64,000 bases of DNA from Eledone cirrhosa. Taxonomy: Eukaryota. Below the pieces are notes generated by a model. The model ran no database searches. It was not told the origin of the DNA and was given only the letters and a program-made list of their open reading frames with translations. The position numbers were made by a program, and so were the translations under genes. Shown here in pieces: positions 48,431-60,837 of the stretch. The stretch's first letter is position 1, and the number at the start of each line of letters is the position of its first letter. Location: positions 262,260,001 to 262,324,000 of the forward strand of contig OZ024743.1 of NCBI GenBank assembly GCA_964016885.1, in the 5' to 3' direction.

Positions 48431-50289
48431 CTGAATAATAATAAGACTATTAACAACACACGTTAATTCTTACATAAACTTTATTATAGATTCCCCATTC
48501 CTCTCCATCCAACATGCTTCTTTTTCTTTCTCTTCAATTTTTTCATAATTTAACCTCAATAAAATGATGACACTATACATTTCTTTCCCCTTCAGGATCA
48601 TTGTTACAGAGACAACATGGGAATAAATGAAATAGACATTCCAAAGATGTATCTCCCAGTTCGATATTTTGGCCCCTTTTTTTTTCTTCTTTTCCTTCAT
48701 AAAATATTTCTTATACTTCTTTTTGTTGTTCTCATAAGAAAACAAAAACAAGCCAAATCCTTATATTGACATGTAAGTAAATAAGATATAAAATCAACTA
48801 AAGAAACTCTCTCTTCTACCTTTCAAAATTGCAGTAGATTTAGTAAGGTCTCAAAATAGGTGCTGTTAAATCATACTGCCTCCTTAACTTACTGAATGCT
48901 TGTAATAACTCCCTACAATACCCACCAGATACCTGGTTGGGTAAACTCTAACTTGCTATGTATTTACTAACAAACTAACATAATATTTTATTTATTATTC
49001 ATATTATTAACATAGGGTGACAGACAGGCAAAATCATTTGACAAAACGTCTAGCAATATTTATGATAATAATAATTGTTTCTACTTTTGGGACAAGGCCA
49101 GCAATTATCCCAGTGTATTACTGGTACTTTATTTTATCGACCTCATAAGGATGAAAGGCAAAGTTAACCTCAGCGGGATTTGAACTCAGACCATAAAGGG
49201 CCGTAACTCTTTGTTGCAAAGCATGGCGTCTGACCCTCTACCGATACTACCAATCCACTGCCCTAATAATAATAATAATGAAAATTATTGTGTACAGTGC
49301 TTAGGTGCACTACAACAAGCCAAATCCTTTAGTTATGACTCTTTACATATGTTTTGAGTTCAAACCTCACTGAGGTCAAGTTTATTTTTTTGTCCTTCCA
49401 GAGTTGATAAAATAAAGTACTAGTCAAGTACAGGGTTGATAGCATCAACTGTTCACTACCCCTAAATGTCTGGCATTGTGGTTTGGAAGTATTGGTAGAG
49501 TGTCAGACAACATACTTACATTCTAAGTTCAAACACTGGAATTATTTTAATAAACTTTCTCCTCCCTCAAATTGGTGGCCATGTGCCTAAATCAGAAACT
49601 ATTATTATTATTTATATCATCATCATTATTCATCATCAGACACAAGTGCCGTCAAATGGAGCTGTCCAAGATGTACACACAACAAAGAAACTATTCTGCA
49701 CACATTTGCCCAGTGTCTGGGTATTGCTGATTTGTTGAGTTTTCTTAAACAGCTGTTGTCAAATGTAGGGTGGATCTGGCTATTGGCTGACTCCATCGAA
49801 TAGATTGCCTCACTACCTTCCTTTGGTCAGGAAGGATAGGCAGTTCTCCTCTGTCTGTTGGCTAGGGTGAAAGAGGTTGTGTGGTGAACTTGAAAGAAAT
49901 GACTGAAGATACATTCCTCGTTGGCCAAACCCTGATTGACTTTTTCAAATTCCATTTAGAAAGGAAGGTGATGGCGGAGAGGAAAGTACCCCCACCCCAC
50001 CCCAGTGCTTTTGTTAAAAGGTGGGTAAATGTAGTGAGGATGGCCTGACTTAGTGGGCCTACTGGTGCAGGGAGAGGAGAGGGGTATTTTCCTATGGTGC
50101 TCTTGGTGTTGAGTATTGCTTCAGATCTGTGGAGTTCCAAAATGACCGCAAGGTGGTGCTCCTCCCTAACAGGGATTTCCTTTGTTTTAAATTTTCCATT
50201 GTTTATTGTTACTTATCTTTCTTTTAACTTGCATTTATATATAAATCCCAACTATCCCTGTCTTTTCTATTGTCCATAATGTTTTTAAC

Positions 50290-52305
50290 CCTAGTGGGCA
50301 ATAAAGCTAGATATAGAAGCTTACTCTTAACTAGGAACTTCTTTTGTAGTTGTCTCACTAAGAAGAGGGCATCTGTAGTACTCCTCCTTGGAACAAAACC
50401 AATCTTCATTTCATCTAGTTTAACTCTTTCCCTTATTAAATGTACTAGAACTCTTTTTGTCATTTTCATAGCTTGATCCATTAGTTTTATGCCCTTGTTA
50501 TTGCTCCTTTCTAGCACATTACCTTTTCTCTTGTAACAATTAATGATTATACTGTTGTACCAGTCATTAAGAATGACCCTGTCCTGTATTATCTGATTGA
50601 CTATGCTGGTGACTAGTTCAGCATCTCAATGACTATCTCTGACGGTCAAACAGCTTTACCCTTCTTCATTTCCTTAATTGCTTCTTTGACCCTATAACAC
50701 TATTGCTGTACTGGTTCCTCTGTTGGGACAATTGGGAGTAGTCTCCCTTTCTCTGAATAATTTTCACATTTATCAACCTTTCATAGTAACATTTCCAGGC
50801 TTCATTCTTTGAACCATCAGTGGTGCTAAGTGCGCTAGTGTCATTTGGAACACATTTTTCTACAATATCATCCTGATTTTCACTTACACACTGCTTTGTG
50901 ATGTGGAACACCTCTTGTCTTCGATCCTCATGTTCTTTAAGTCTTCTTGCGTATTTGTCATCTAGCTTCTCTCTTAGCTACCTGGTACTGGTCTCTGCTA
51001 CCCTCATTTTTCCAGTCTTTCCATACCTGTCCTTTGTCCTTAATGTCTTTATCCCCTGTGTTGTTCCACCACCAGGTCATTCTGTTTGGCTGGAGCAAAG
51101 CTCCAGCCACAAGAGTCACCATTAGTCTGTAGTAGGTTGTCACAGAAGAACTTCCAATTGCCTTGTCATATGTATCTCCCCTCTCATCGTAGAGCTTTTC
51201 TAAACCTATACTTAACTGAAACGTCCTTTAGCTTCCATAATTTCCCCTTCAGATTTTCCTTCATTTTTTGTTGCCTTATTCTTATTTTGATGTCACTAGT
51301 AACTAATTTATGTTGAGCTGTGCATTATTTCCAAGGAAAGACTTAACATCCATAATCATTCTTCTATCCTGTTTTCTTACAAGTAAGAAGTCAATCTGGC
51401 TTGTGTGTTCACTAGATTATTAGGTGATCAGATGGCTGGCCAGTTTCCTGAAATCAGTGTTCCAAATGGTTTGTTCATTTGCATCACAGAATTCCCAGAG
51501 CGTCACTCCCTCTTCATTTCTTGAACAAAAGCCATTGCCACCATGTACCTCAGTGTAGCTATTCTGGTACTATCCATTGAAGTCGCCAGCTAGGAAGATG
51601 AGGTCCCTGTCATGTCACAGATGTTGCCTGTATAAGTTCTTCACAGAAATGATCCTTATCTTCTTTACTCAACCCTGTTTGTGGTACATTGTCATTCTAT
51701 TACCTATAACCATTCTGAGTTTGATAATTCTGTCACTCACTCTAACTACCTCAATTACCTTATCTACTCACTGTCCAGCTAGTAGAATGCCTACTCCATT
51801 ATCATTTGCTACCTAAAAGAGCTTGTATCTACACTTTTTGCCTGTGAGTAGTCTTGTTGATGCAGCCATCCAACTTCTTAAAAACAGCATACATCCACAC
51901 TCTTTTGCTCAAGCAAATCCTCAAGTTCTTCAGATCTACCTCTCAATGTGCCCACATTGAGAGTGGCAGCCTAGAAGTGTGTTACCTGATGATTATGTCT
52001 TCTAGTATTCCTTCCTTATACCTGGGAGGGAACAAAGTTGTGCAATTCCTTGATAAAGGTTGAGGGGTTCTCACTTATGGCTATATGAGCCACCCCACTA
52101 CCATAACATGGCTAGTGTTAGTCCTGTATGTGTAGTTAGTGAGAATCTTAAATGATACATTTTTCATATTTGGCAGGCTTTTTTCTGGTTGGATGCCCTT
52201 CCTATCACCAACCACTGTACAGCATGGACTGGGTGCATTCTTCCTTCCACCAGCACTAGAGAGGTTGTCTGACTGGACTCAAGAGTCCTCCCCACCCTGT
52301 ATCAG
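50290..52305 (-). mobile_element. Highly degenerate RTE LINE, 5' portion including the 5' UTR
   Basis: Fragmentary ORFs 50224, 50666 and 50958 are homologous to the RTE APE/pre-RT region; 52175-52300 is the reverse complement of a sequence like the RTE-B 5' UTR (39630-39755). Confidence 0.82.
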
Positions 52306-52317
52306 TTTTTTATTCAG

Positions 52318-52676
52318 CGCCGTTGGATATGCAATGTCAATATGCATGAATGACCAAGCATAGACGAGTTGAGAGAGAAACTGTGTATAAGAGGTATAGG
52401 CTGTAGTGTGCGGGAGAGAAGACTGTGTTGGTATGGACATGTGATGCACATGGAGGATGACCACTGGGTAAAGAAGTGCCAAGAAATCCCAGTAGAAGGA
52501 AGATGAAGTCGAGGTAGACCATGAAAAACATGGGCGGAGGTGGTGAGAGCAGACCTCAGATTGTTGAAGCTCACGGAGGAGATGACAAAGGACCGTGACG
52601 AATGAAGAGATGCTGTGCTTAATAAGGCCCGTCCCACCCTTGCAAGCAGGGAAAAGCGGACGTAAAATGATGATGA
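52318..52676 (+). mobile_element. RTE subfamily B 3' fragment
   Basis: RWICNVNM..WYGHVM..RADLRLLKLT and the canonical tail GCGGACGTAAAA(TGA)n. Confidence 0.88.
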
Positions 52677-53272
52677 TATAGCCGGCCAAAATGGCGACAA
52701 GGAAGGTCGCTTGACCACGTCTTGACCAAACAAAATATAATATTTCCACCAAAAACTGCCCTTTAAACACATGTCAGATGGATTACAATATTCATTATTA
52801 CAATTACTTTGATCCCTGACAACTAGTACCAGTTTCAAGATAGAATTATCTTAACAAAGTATATATAATTTGACTTGATTTTCGCCAACAAACCACGTGT
52901 GGACATGGACGGGGAAAAAAGGAAAAAAAACAAAACAAATCACTACATCCCTTAAGGATCGCAGTAAGTACTCCACAAAACATATAAACAACAATATACA
53001 CACAGATTTATATACAGATATATACCATATGCATATACACACACGTGAAAAGAAACCACACTATTTCGTGTGAGACACTATACCGGCCAATTTTACCAAT
53101 TTACATTGGTAAAATATTTCTTAACATTGACTTCGCTTCTAACCCACATACACCTTTTAATTATATATATATACTAGCAGCTGAAAGTTAATAATTTGAA
53201 AAAAAAATATTATTGAAAGTTTATTATAAAGAAGCAGTATCAGGGGGAAAAAAAAAAAAAAAAAAAAAGAAC

Positions 53273-56200
53273 GTTATTTCGCTGCTAATAAACAACTGCC
53301 TTCTACAGTACGTTTCATTTAACTTACGCAGCATAATTATTTGTTTACATGCACAGACTCTTCTGTACACACACAACATTTAGGAAAACGGAAACAAAAT
53401 ACACAAAAAGACAAAACAAAAAAACAGACATTTTATTTCTATCGTAATCAAGTGCGCTAAACCTATATTGTTTACATTCTGTGTTTTTCTACGGATGGGT
53501 AGAAATAACAAAATTGCCATGGTGATATCCATCGATGAAGTATGCGACAAAACTGGTCGATGTCCTAAAATAGAACATTGCCCGGAAGATCACACCTGCC
53601 TTATCTGTACGGAACCCGAAAACTCGTCCGTAATCGTTGGGTCGAATGTGGAACCTGTCGCATCTCTGTCTGCCTTCAATGCGCCACAGGCCAAAATAAG
53701 AAACATCATATTGCTACGATGGATAGACTCTGGGAGATGGTCCAGCTAACAAACTGGTCCTTTCAGTGCCTGGACTGTATGCCTGCTTCTCCCATTGCTG
53801 CGGAACAACAACAAAGACCGAAGATCGTGTCTTCTACCATTGTTCCTGAACAACAACAACAAAAACCGAGGATCGTGTCTTCCTCTACCATTGTCCCTGA
53901 ACAACAGCAAAAACCAACGACCGTAGCTTCTGCTACTACCCCCGTTGAAGGACTTCATCAACAACAGCAACCCATGTCTTCTTCACCCGTTACTTTTCAA
54001 CAACAACAACCGACGACTGTGTCTTCTACCATGCCTGTTGAAGGAGAAGAACAACAACAAAAACCGACCGTCAATACGGAGTTTGAGGAAATACGGCAAA
54101 TGATTTCCGCTTTAAGTCAAGAAATAGCGGAAATAAAATCAAGCGTTCGTGTAGAACCCCACAATGAGGGATCTTACCGGAGTGCCTTGTTAAAAAATCT
54201 CCGCGTACCTCATGTTGAACCTAGACGCATTGAGAATGCCACTGAATCTGCAAACCACGAAGTGATTGCCATTGGTGTGCCGGAAGACATAGTTGATCTT
54301 CAGGCATTTGCTGCCAGTTCATCCAAAGACCTGGGCTGTGCTCCCGCAAAGAGTGCTCTACGCCTTGGCCGACCAGGCCCAAAACCCAGGTTAATTAGAC
54401 TGTCGTTTTCAAACTCAACTGAGGCACGTTCATACCTTGTAGCCTCTGATAAAGCTAGGCGTGAAAGTCGGATTGCTTTCCGAACACGTCCTGGTCTTCC
54501 ACCTGATGTCCGCCCAAAGTTGCGTGCTGCAGCTTCCCTAAACCGCAGCTCAGCAGAACATGAAAGCTTCAGCCTACGAGATGATGGGCAGATATGGAAG
54601 TTTGTTAAGGCTGGCGAATCATGGAAAAGAGACACCAGCTGGTCTGAAAACACTGTACCCACAACAACTGACAATAAAAAAACTGAAAAAACTCTGGGAA
54701 ACTAAATCAGAACAACCTGCCATCCCCTGCACATAATCATAGACTGGAATCAAAGTACAAATTGTTGTCCTTGAATGCACGTAGTCTATGCAATAAGATT
54801 CATCTTTTTGACTCCTACGTCAAAAGTATCAACCCGGACTTCATTACAGTCACGGAAACTTGGGCACATCCCTTACTCTGTGATGGGGTTTTCAGCATGA
54901 CTGGCTACAACCTGTTTCGTAAAGACCGTATTAATCGTGGTGGTGGTGGTGTAATGGTCTATGTTCGGTCAAATCTGTCGGCAATTCCTTGGGCTGATTT
55001 GAACCAATCACAGCAGGAAGTTTTTTTCTGCGATATACGTATGACCATGTCAACACTGCTACTTGGAGTCGTTTACCGTCCCCCAAATTACCATCAGGAC
55101 ACTCAACTTTGTGATATCCTCAGAGCTGCTGCCAGGAAGACAGCCACTTATGTTTTCATTGCAGGTGACTTCAATCACCCTGAGATTGACTGGGAGACCT
55201 TTCGTTGGCCGCCAAGTGCAAATGACTTCCTTGAGCTGGTGCTGGACTCGAGTTGGTCCCAGGTGGTCACCTCCCCAACGAGAGGTGATAACACTTTGGA
55301 CCTACTCTTCACCACTACTCCTGAAACGGTCATTAGTGTTACTGCTGAGGAACCTTTAGGTGACTCTGATCATGCTATGATCATTGCCAATCTATCCCTC
55401 ATGGGCAGTAACAAGAACCACAACCATCTCCAAACTGCTCACTTTGACTGGAATAAAGCAGACTGGAACTGTTACTGCACCGAGTTGGAACGGCCAAACT
55501 GGCTTGAGTTCTACGACTCTGGAGATGTCAACACTGTACTCCAGAACATCCTGAGCTCAATATGGACAGCATGTGCAGCATCGGTGCCATGTAAGCGGAA
55601 AAAACATCCCAAAAGCGCAATTTGGGAGACTGCAGCAGTCCGTCTTGCCAGAAAAGAACGGCGCAATGCTGAACGTGAGTACAAACTTCACAAATCAGAC
55701 ATTAATAGGAAGAGGCGAAATAGATCGTCCAACCACCTCAAACAGGTGACAAAAAAGGCAGTGCTTCAATTTGAGCAGCGCATAGCAACCAGCCCTGACA
55801 GTAAGGTGTTCTGGAAGTATGTTCACTCAAAGCAGAGGCCTCACACTCCAGTTGGTCCTCTTCGCAATCCCCACACAAGCCAGGTTACTGACGACCCCAA
55901 GGAATGCTCAGAGCTCATTGCTGAATGCTATGCAGGCATTTTCACTATTGAAGACCAGAGTGTATCATTCCCACCACCTATGACACCGGACTCTATTACA
56001 ACCATGGAATTTACACCTGCAATGCTGCGACGTCACCTAAAAAATAAACGCAACCATGCCTCTCCTGGTCTTGATGGTGTTACGTACCTGCTTCTTAAAC
56101 GTGGTGGGTACTTCCTTCTACACCAGTTATCACGCTTCTTCCAATTCTGTCTGAACAACAGTACTACTCCAGAACAGTGGAAAACTGCCAGTGTCATTCC

Positions 56201-57632
56201 TCTGTTCAAAAAGGGTGACCGCACATCACCTGTCAACTATCGTCCAGTCAGTCTTACTAGTTGCATTGCCAAACTGATGGAATCCTGTGTCAGAGAAACA
56301 CTTTGGAACTTCTGGAGCTCTCACAGTCTTATCCGGCCCTCGCAATTTGGATTTATCCCCAACTCCAGCTGCCGTGATCAACTTATCGAGTTTCTTGAGG
56401 ACATCCGGATCTCTGATGGCGGCTCATGGGTGGATGTTGTTTACCTTGACTTTGCTAAAGCTTTCAATTCTGTGCCACACAAAAGGCTTATGGCAAAACT
56501 CTCTGCAATGGGTGTGAAGGATGATCTTTTTAACTGGTTGAAGTCCTTCATTCTCAGTCGAAGAGAGGTAGTCACGGTTCTGGACAGCATTCCTCACCAT
56601 ATGAGATGTCATCTGGTGTACCACAGGGATCTGTTCTTGGCCCCCTTTTGTTTGTGGCATATATTAATGACATAGATGCCAACTTAAGGAATGCCACAGT
56701 ACTAAAGTACGCAGACGACATCAAGCTGTACCTTGAGATAAAAAGGACAGATCCTGAACACTATAGATCTTGCTTGCAGTCTGACCTGGACACAATGCAA
56801 CAGTGGATCTCAGACTGGCAACTCAAGCTAGCTGTGGACAAGTGCACCACCATGCATTTTGGGAGTAAAAACCCAGCGTCCACATACTCCCTCCACAGCA
56901 CTAATATCAAGAAGTCTTCCTGTGAACGTGACCTGGGCATTACGGTCAGCAGCGATTTGCGTTGGACAAGGCACGTCTCTAAAATTGTCAAGAGGGCCGA
57001 GGGTGTCTTAGCATCACTCAGCAAGACCTTTGTCAGCCGCTCTCCAGATATCTATTTAAGGCTGTATACAGCTATGGTGCGACCACACTTAGAATTTGCA
57101 TCACCAGTCTGGAACCCCTATCTTGCTCAGGACATTGACCGCCTGGAAACTGTTCTGAGACGTGCAACCAAGCGAATACCCTCTATCAGGCATCTACCAT
57201 ACTCTGAGCGCCTTGCTTCCCTGGGCATGGATTCATTGAAGCTCCGACGCCTGGCAACTGACTTGGTAAACACCCACAAAATTGTTAACCATGTTGCCAA
57301 CAACAACCCTGAGTACCTTTTCGATTTCCATGTGTCTAACACACGTGGGCATGTCCACAAAGTAAGAAAATAGCACAGTTCCCATGACTTTCGGAAACAT
57401 TTTTTCACGCTCAGAGTTGCTGAAGCATGGAACAAACTACCTGCATCAGTTGTTAGCTGTTGAGACACTGCATCCTTTAAGGTCTCCATGATTCCCAAGA
57501 TCCGCCAACAGAACAGCTAACACATACACACATGTACTTCCCTGACATTTGTGTATTATTCTATGTACTATATTGACGAGTTGTAGTGCACCTGAGCACT
57601 TTACACAATAATTTCATTATTGTTATTATTAT
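53273..57632 (+). mobile_element. Full-length CR1-group LINE, second subfamily, inactivated
   Basis: ORF1 from ATG 53495 to 54705 with a 1-nt deletion at about 53627; ORF2 54762-57520 with a frameshift at about 56582 and a TAG at 57371; 3' UTR and (TTA)n. Confidence 0.94.
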
Positions 57633-58597
57633 GATGATGATGATGATGGCAGTTATCCCAGATGGGTTGCTTCCACAGTGGTTTGGGGAGCCCCCGTCTT
57701 ACCCCATGCAGTCTTATTTATTCAAAGTGCCTGCTCTGCTAGGCAAACTGCATTTTCATAGCTCACACACCCTGCATCTACCTAGTTTATATACAGATAG
57801 GGGGTTAGTGTCTACCTGATGCAGCCATTGAGTTTGAGTGGATGGGGGAAAGTTAGATGGATAGGAATGGGTTAGGAGGTGGTATGTGGTGGAAAGGGGG
57901 TTGGAGGGTGGTATATGGCTTCAATCTGCTGTAGTTCATGAACAAGTTTTCAAAAAAAGATCTTAACTACAGTTTTCAGCAACAACAGATCTTCTTACCA
58001 GAGGCTAGAAAGTTTTGGTTGAGTTTGTTGTGAGAAAAGAAAGGGCCGTTGATAGACAGACTTTCAGAGAAAGTGGAGGAGGCAGATAGATTGATAAATA
58101 AATAAATAGATAGATAGATGGCAAGACACGAAGCACATTACAGTTCAGAAAAATGTTCAAAAATATACTATAATAGGAATACTATCATTAATTGAGAGAG
58201 AGAGATGATCTGAAACAATAATGAAACTAAAACAAAAATGAAATACGCAATACAACAAAGATTGCAGCTGCAGTTTTCAACACCAAATTGGCTGGCTAAA
58301 CACACACATACTTTCTCAACCCACAAAAATATTTTTCCATTTCTTCTTCTTACTTTCACTTATATTTTAATTTCTTGTATTGCTCATTCGATCTTCTGAT
58401 GAAGAGTTCTGAAATGTTAAGACTCTTTTCTTACTAATATATATCTTCATTGATATATATCTTTTCTCTGTTGTTTATCTGTTTACTTTCTGTGTATATA
58501 TATATATATATATATAATATATATAGTGTAGGTGATTCAGTGAGTTACTGATGGTATTACCAAAACAAGCACTCTGTGCACAGGCAGAGTGTATATA

Positions 58598-58628
<31 letters not shown>

Positions 58629-58630
58629 TT

Positions 58631-59008
58631 TAAAAAAACGATGAAGTTTTGTTTACATGTATTAGATTTTTATTGTGTATCGACCTGTAAGTTGGGTTTC
58701 GCAGAGGATTGGCTCAGGGTCACCCATAGGAGTTATGGAATCGACTCCATTATCGATCTGCTCTTCAGACTGGTGATGCGACAAAACAGCAGATCAATAA
58801 TGGAGTTGGATCCATAATTCCTATGGGTGATCCTGAGCCAATCAGTATATTTTTGTCACATTGCCTGTTGGAAGAGCAGATCGATGATGGAGTCATGTCC
58901 ATAACTTCTATGAATGACCCTGAGCCAATCCTCTGAAATGCGCATAACAGGTTGTTATACAATAAAAAAAAATCTAATACATGTAAACAAAACTTCATTG
59001 TTTTTTTA
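58631..59008. repeat. Complex inverted repeat with hammerhead-like motifs (Penelope-like)
   Basis: Arms 58631-58786 and about 58850-59008 are reverse complements; a third copy of the inner 60 bp lies between them; flanked by (TA)n. Confidence 0.85.
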
Positions 59009-59520
59009 ATATATATATATATATTTATGATTCATATACATAACATATATTGCACTACATTAGGTATCAAGGCATTGTTGTTGCAGCAATTGCAACCTGA
59101 ACGTGATGGTGCAGAATACTTAGGTCTAATAGTTTCTGTCTATATTGTGTTGTATAGACCTAAGTTATTATGTAACTGATTAGATATATCTGCATTAGTT
59201 TTTGCCACTTATATCTGTATTGTTCTTAAACTACAAATGGCAAAGGGAGGGTTTATTTGAAAGATAGTAATGAATTTATTAAGAGAGGTCCAGTTGCTAG
59301 ATTGAGCAAGTAAATCAACTACATATATGCTCACATCTTTTTGTTTAGAAAACTGTTCATATTCTTTGTCATTTTGCATTGTTTGTTTTGCAGTTTTAGA
59401 ACTACTCTTTATTGTGTGTGTGTCTGTTGGTTTTGTTTTGTTAACTCTTACATTGTTTTTTTTTTCTGTTTGTTTTAGAAGAATCTTAATATTTCTATAT
59501 TTTTGTTTTATTTTTTGTAG

Positions 59521-59534
59521 CTGTCCGCCTATAG
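59521..59534 (+). CDS. Candidate terminal coding exon of the KLHL8-like gene (adds AVRL-stop)
   Basis: Long T-rich tract ending TTTTTTGTAG|CTGTCCGCCTATAG, phase-compatible with the exon F donor, followed by about 3 kb of LINE-poor UTR-like sequence. No homology support; other AG acceptors lie nearby. Confidence 0.35.
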
Positions 59535-60386
59535 CAAACATTGGAAGATGTATTAAGAAAGAAAAAAAATATTGCCTAGTTATTTGACTAAGCAAAAAAA
59601 ACGAAAAAACCCTCTACTAAACTCTGACTGCCAATTTCTACTGGAAACCTTTTTTAAAATCTTTGGTGAGACTTTGCCAAAACCACAGATATGGGATTTC
59701 TCTTCTCTTCTGGCTTGTCAATGAAATTTCGCACAAAAATCCTGAAGTCAACCCAAACAAGTCACAAGTCAAGAAAGAACAGCTCAACTCGAGACAACAG
59801 TTCATCTCAAGGCAGAGCAGCTCCAGTCAAGACCACAGCTCAAGTAATGAGCCAATGGATCAAATGAAAACTTAACAGGACAGATCAAGCCAAGCAGGCC
59901 TAGTCATAAATTTGAAAAAATGGTATGAAACCAAACTACAAAAAATGTAAACTATCCAATGTTATAAAATGACATATAAATAGAAAACAGAGAGAGGTGT
60001 GGTGTCAAGAAATGGAAATGAAACACAGAAAAACATGTATTTTTCAGTTGTTTTATCCAAAGTTATTTGGCTTTTTTTCCATTTTTTAAATACATTGTTC
60101 ATGTTTATGTAATGAAGAAAATGACTTTAACACATAGCACAAGCAAAAAATGGACAAACCTTCCTTTGATTAGGAAATTATCATGAAATTTGCATTGTAT
60201 TTATCATACATTCTCTGATTCATAATTTCTTATTTTCTAAACCAAACAAACATGTGTATATATTAGTCTGTATATATGTATACATGTGTATGTATGTATG
60301 TGTGTGCATGTGTATATATATATATACGTGTGTATGTGTGGGTATGCCTATATAAATATATATATTTTATTATGGCTAAACGGTGA

Positions 60387-60439
60387 GCCTTGTTAGTCTG
60401 GAGTTTCACCTGTGTACACACAGGATCATCAGACAAGAC
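60387..60439 (-). ncRNA. Type I hammerhead motif (left, antisense copy)
   Basis: Minus strand: gtcttgt-CTGATGA-t cctgtg tgta cacagg t-GAAA-ctccagact-A-acaaggc. Confidence 0.62.
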
Positions 60440-60440
60440 A

Positions 60441-60493
60441 GTCCTGTCTGATGATCCTCTGAGTATATAGGTGAAACTCCAGAGTTACAAGAC
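60441..60493 (+). ncRNA. Type I hammerhead motif (right, sense copy)
   Basis: gtcctgt-CTGATGA-t cct..agg t-GAAA-ctc ca gagt-T-acaagac; mirror of 60387-60439 within the inverted repeat 60370-60510. Confidence 0.62.
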
Positions 60494-60653
60494 TCATCAT
60501 TTAGCCATAACAAAGAATATTTAAACTCTATTTCGGTATTGAGTACTAATTTTCATGTTAGTCAATAACACATGGATATCTATCTATCTACGCGCACACA
60601 CGCACACATGCACACACACACACACGCACGCACATGCACACACACATGCGCGC

Positions 60654-60803
60654 ATGAGGTGCTGAAAAGTTCTTGCTTTGGGGAAAAGAAGATACAGTAA
60701 GATCAGTTAATTATGATTTTATTCAGCATATTCCCTTCTAAAGGTAACAACTCTACTCTTTCGCAATACCCTTAAAGTCAGGAACTGACTTTAAGGGTAT
60801 TGC

Positions 60804-60804
<1 letters not shown>
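60654..60804. mobile_element. Mariner-like MITE relic ending in a perfect 20-bp hairpin
   Basis: GAGGTGCTGAAAAGTTCTTGCTTT resembles a mariner TIR, with a partial complement AAAGTCAGGAACT; hairpin CGCAATACCCTTAAAGTCAG-gaa-CTGACTTTAAGGGTATTGCG at 60762-60804. Confidence 0.5.

Positions 60805-60837
<33 letters not shown>

Noticed and set aside
50290-52676. Possible twin-priming 5' inversion of a single RTE
   Set aside because: The minus part is far more decayed and differs from subfamily B, while the plus part is comparatively young; independent insertions are more likely.
52677-53270. Unique-looking segment upstream of the + CR1 (possible 5' transduction or separate element)
   Set aside because: No homology to the other CR1 5' flank and no clear termini or ORF; it cannot be classified from the sequence alone.
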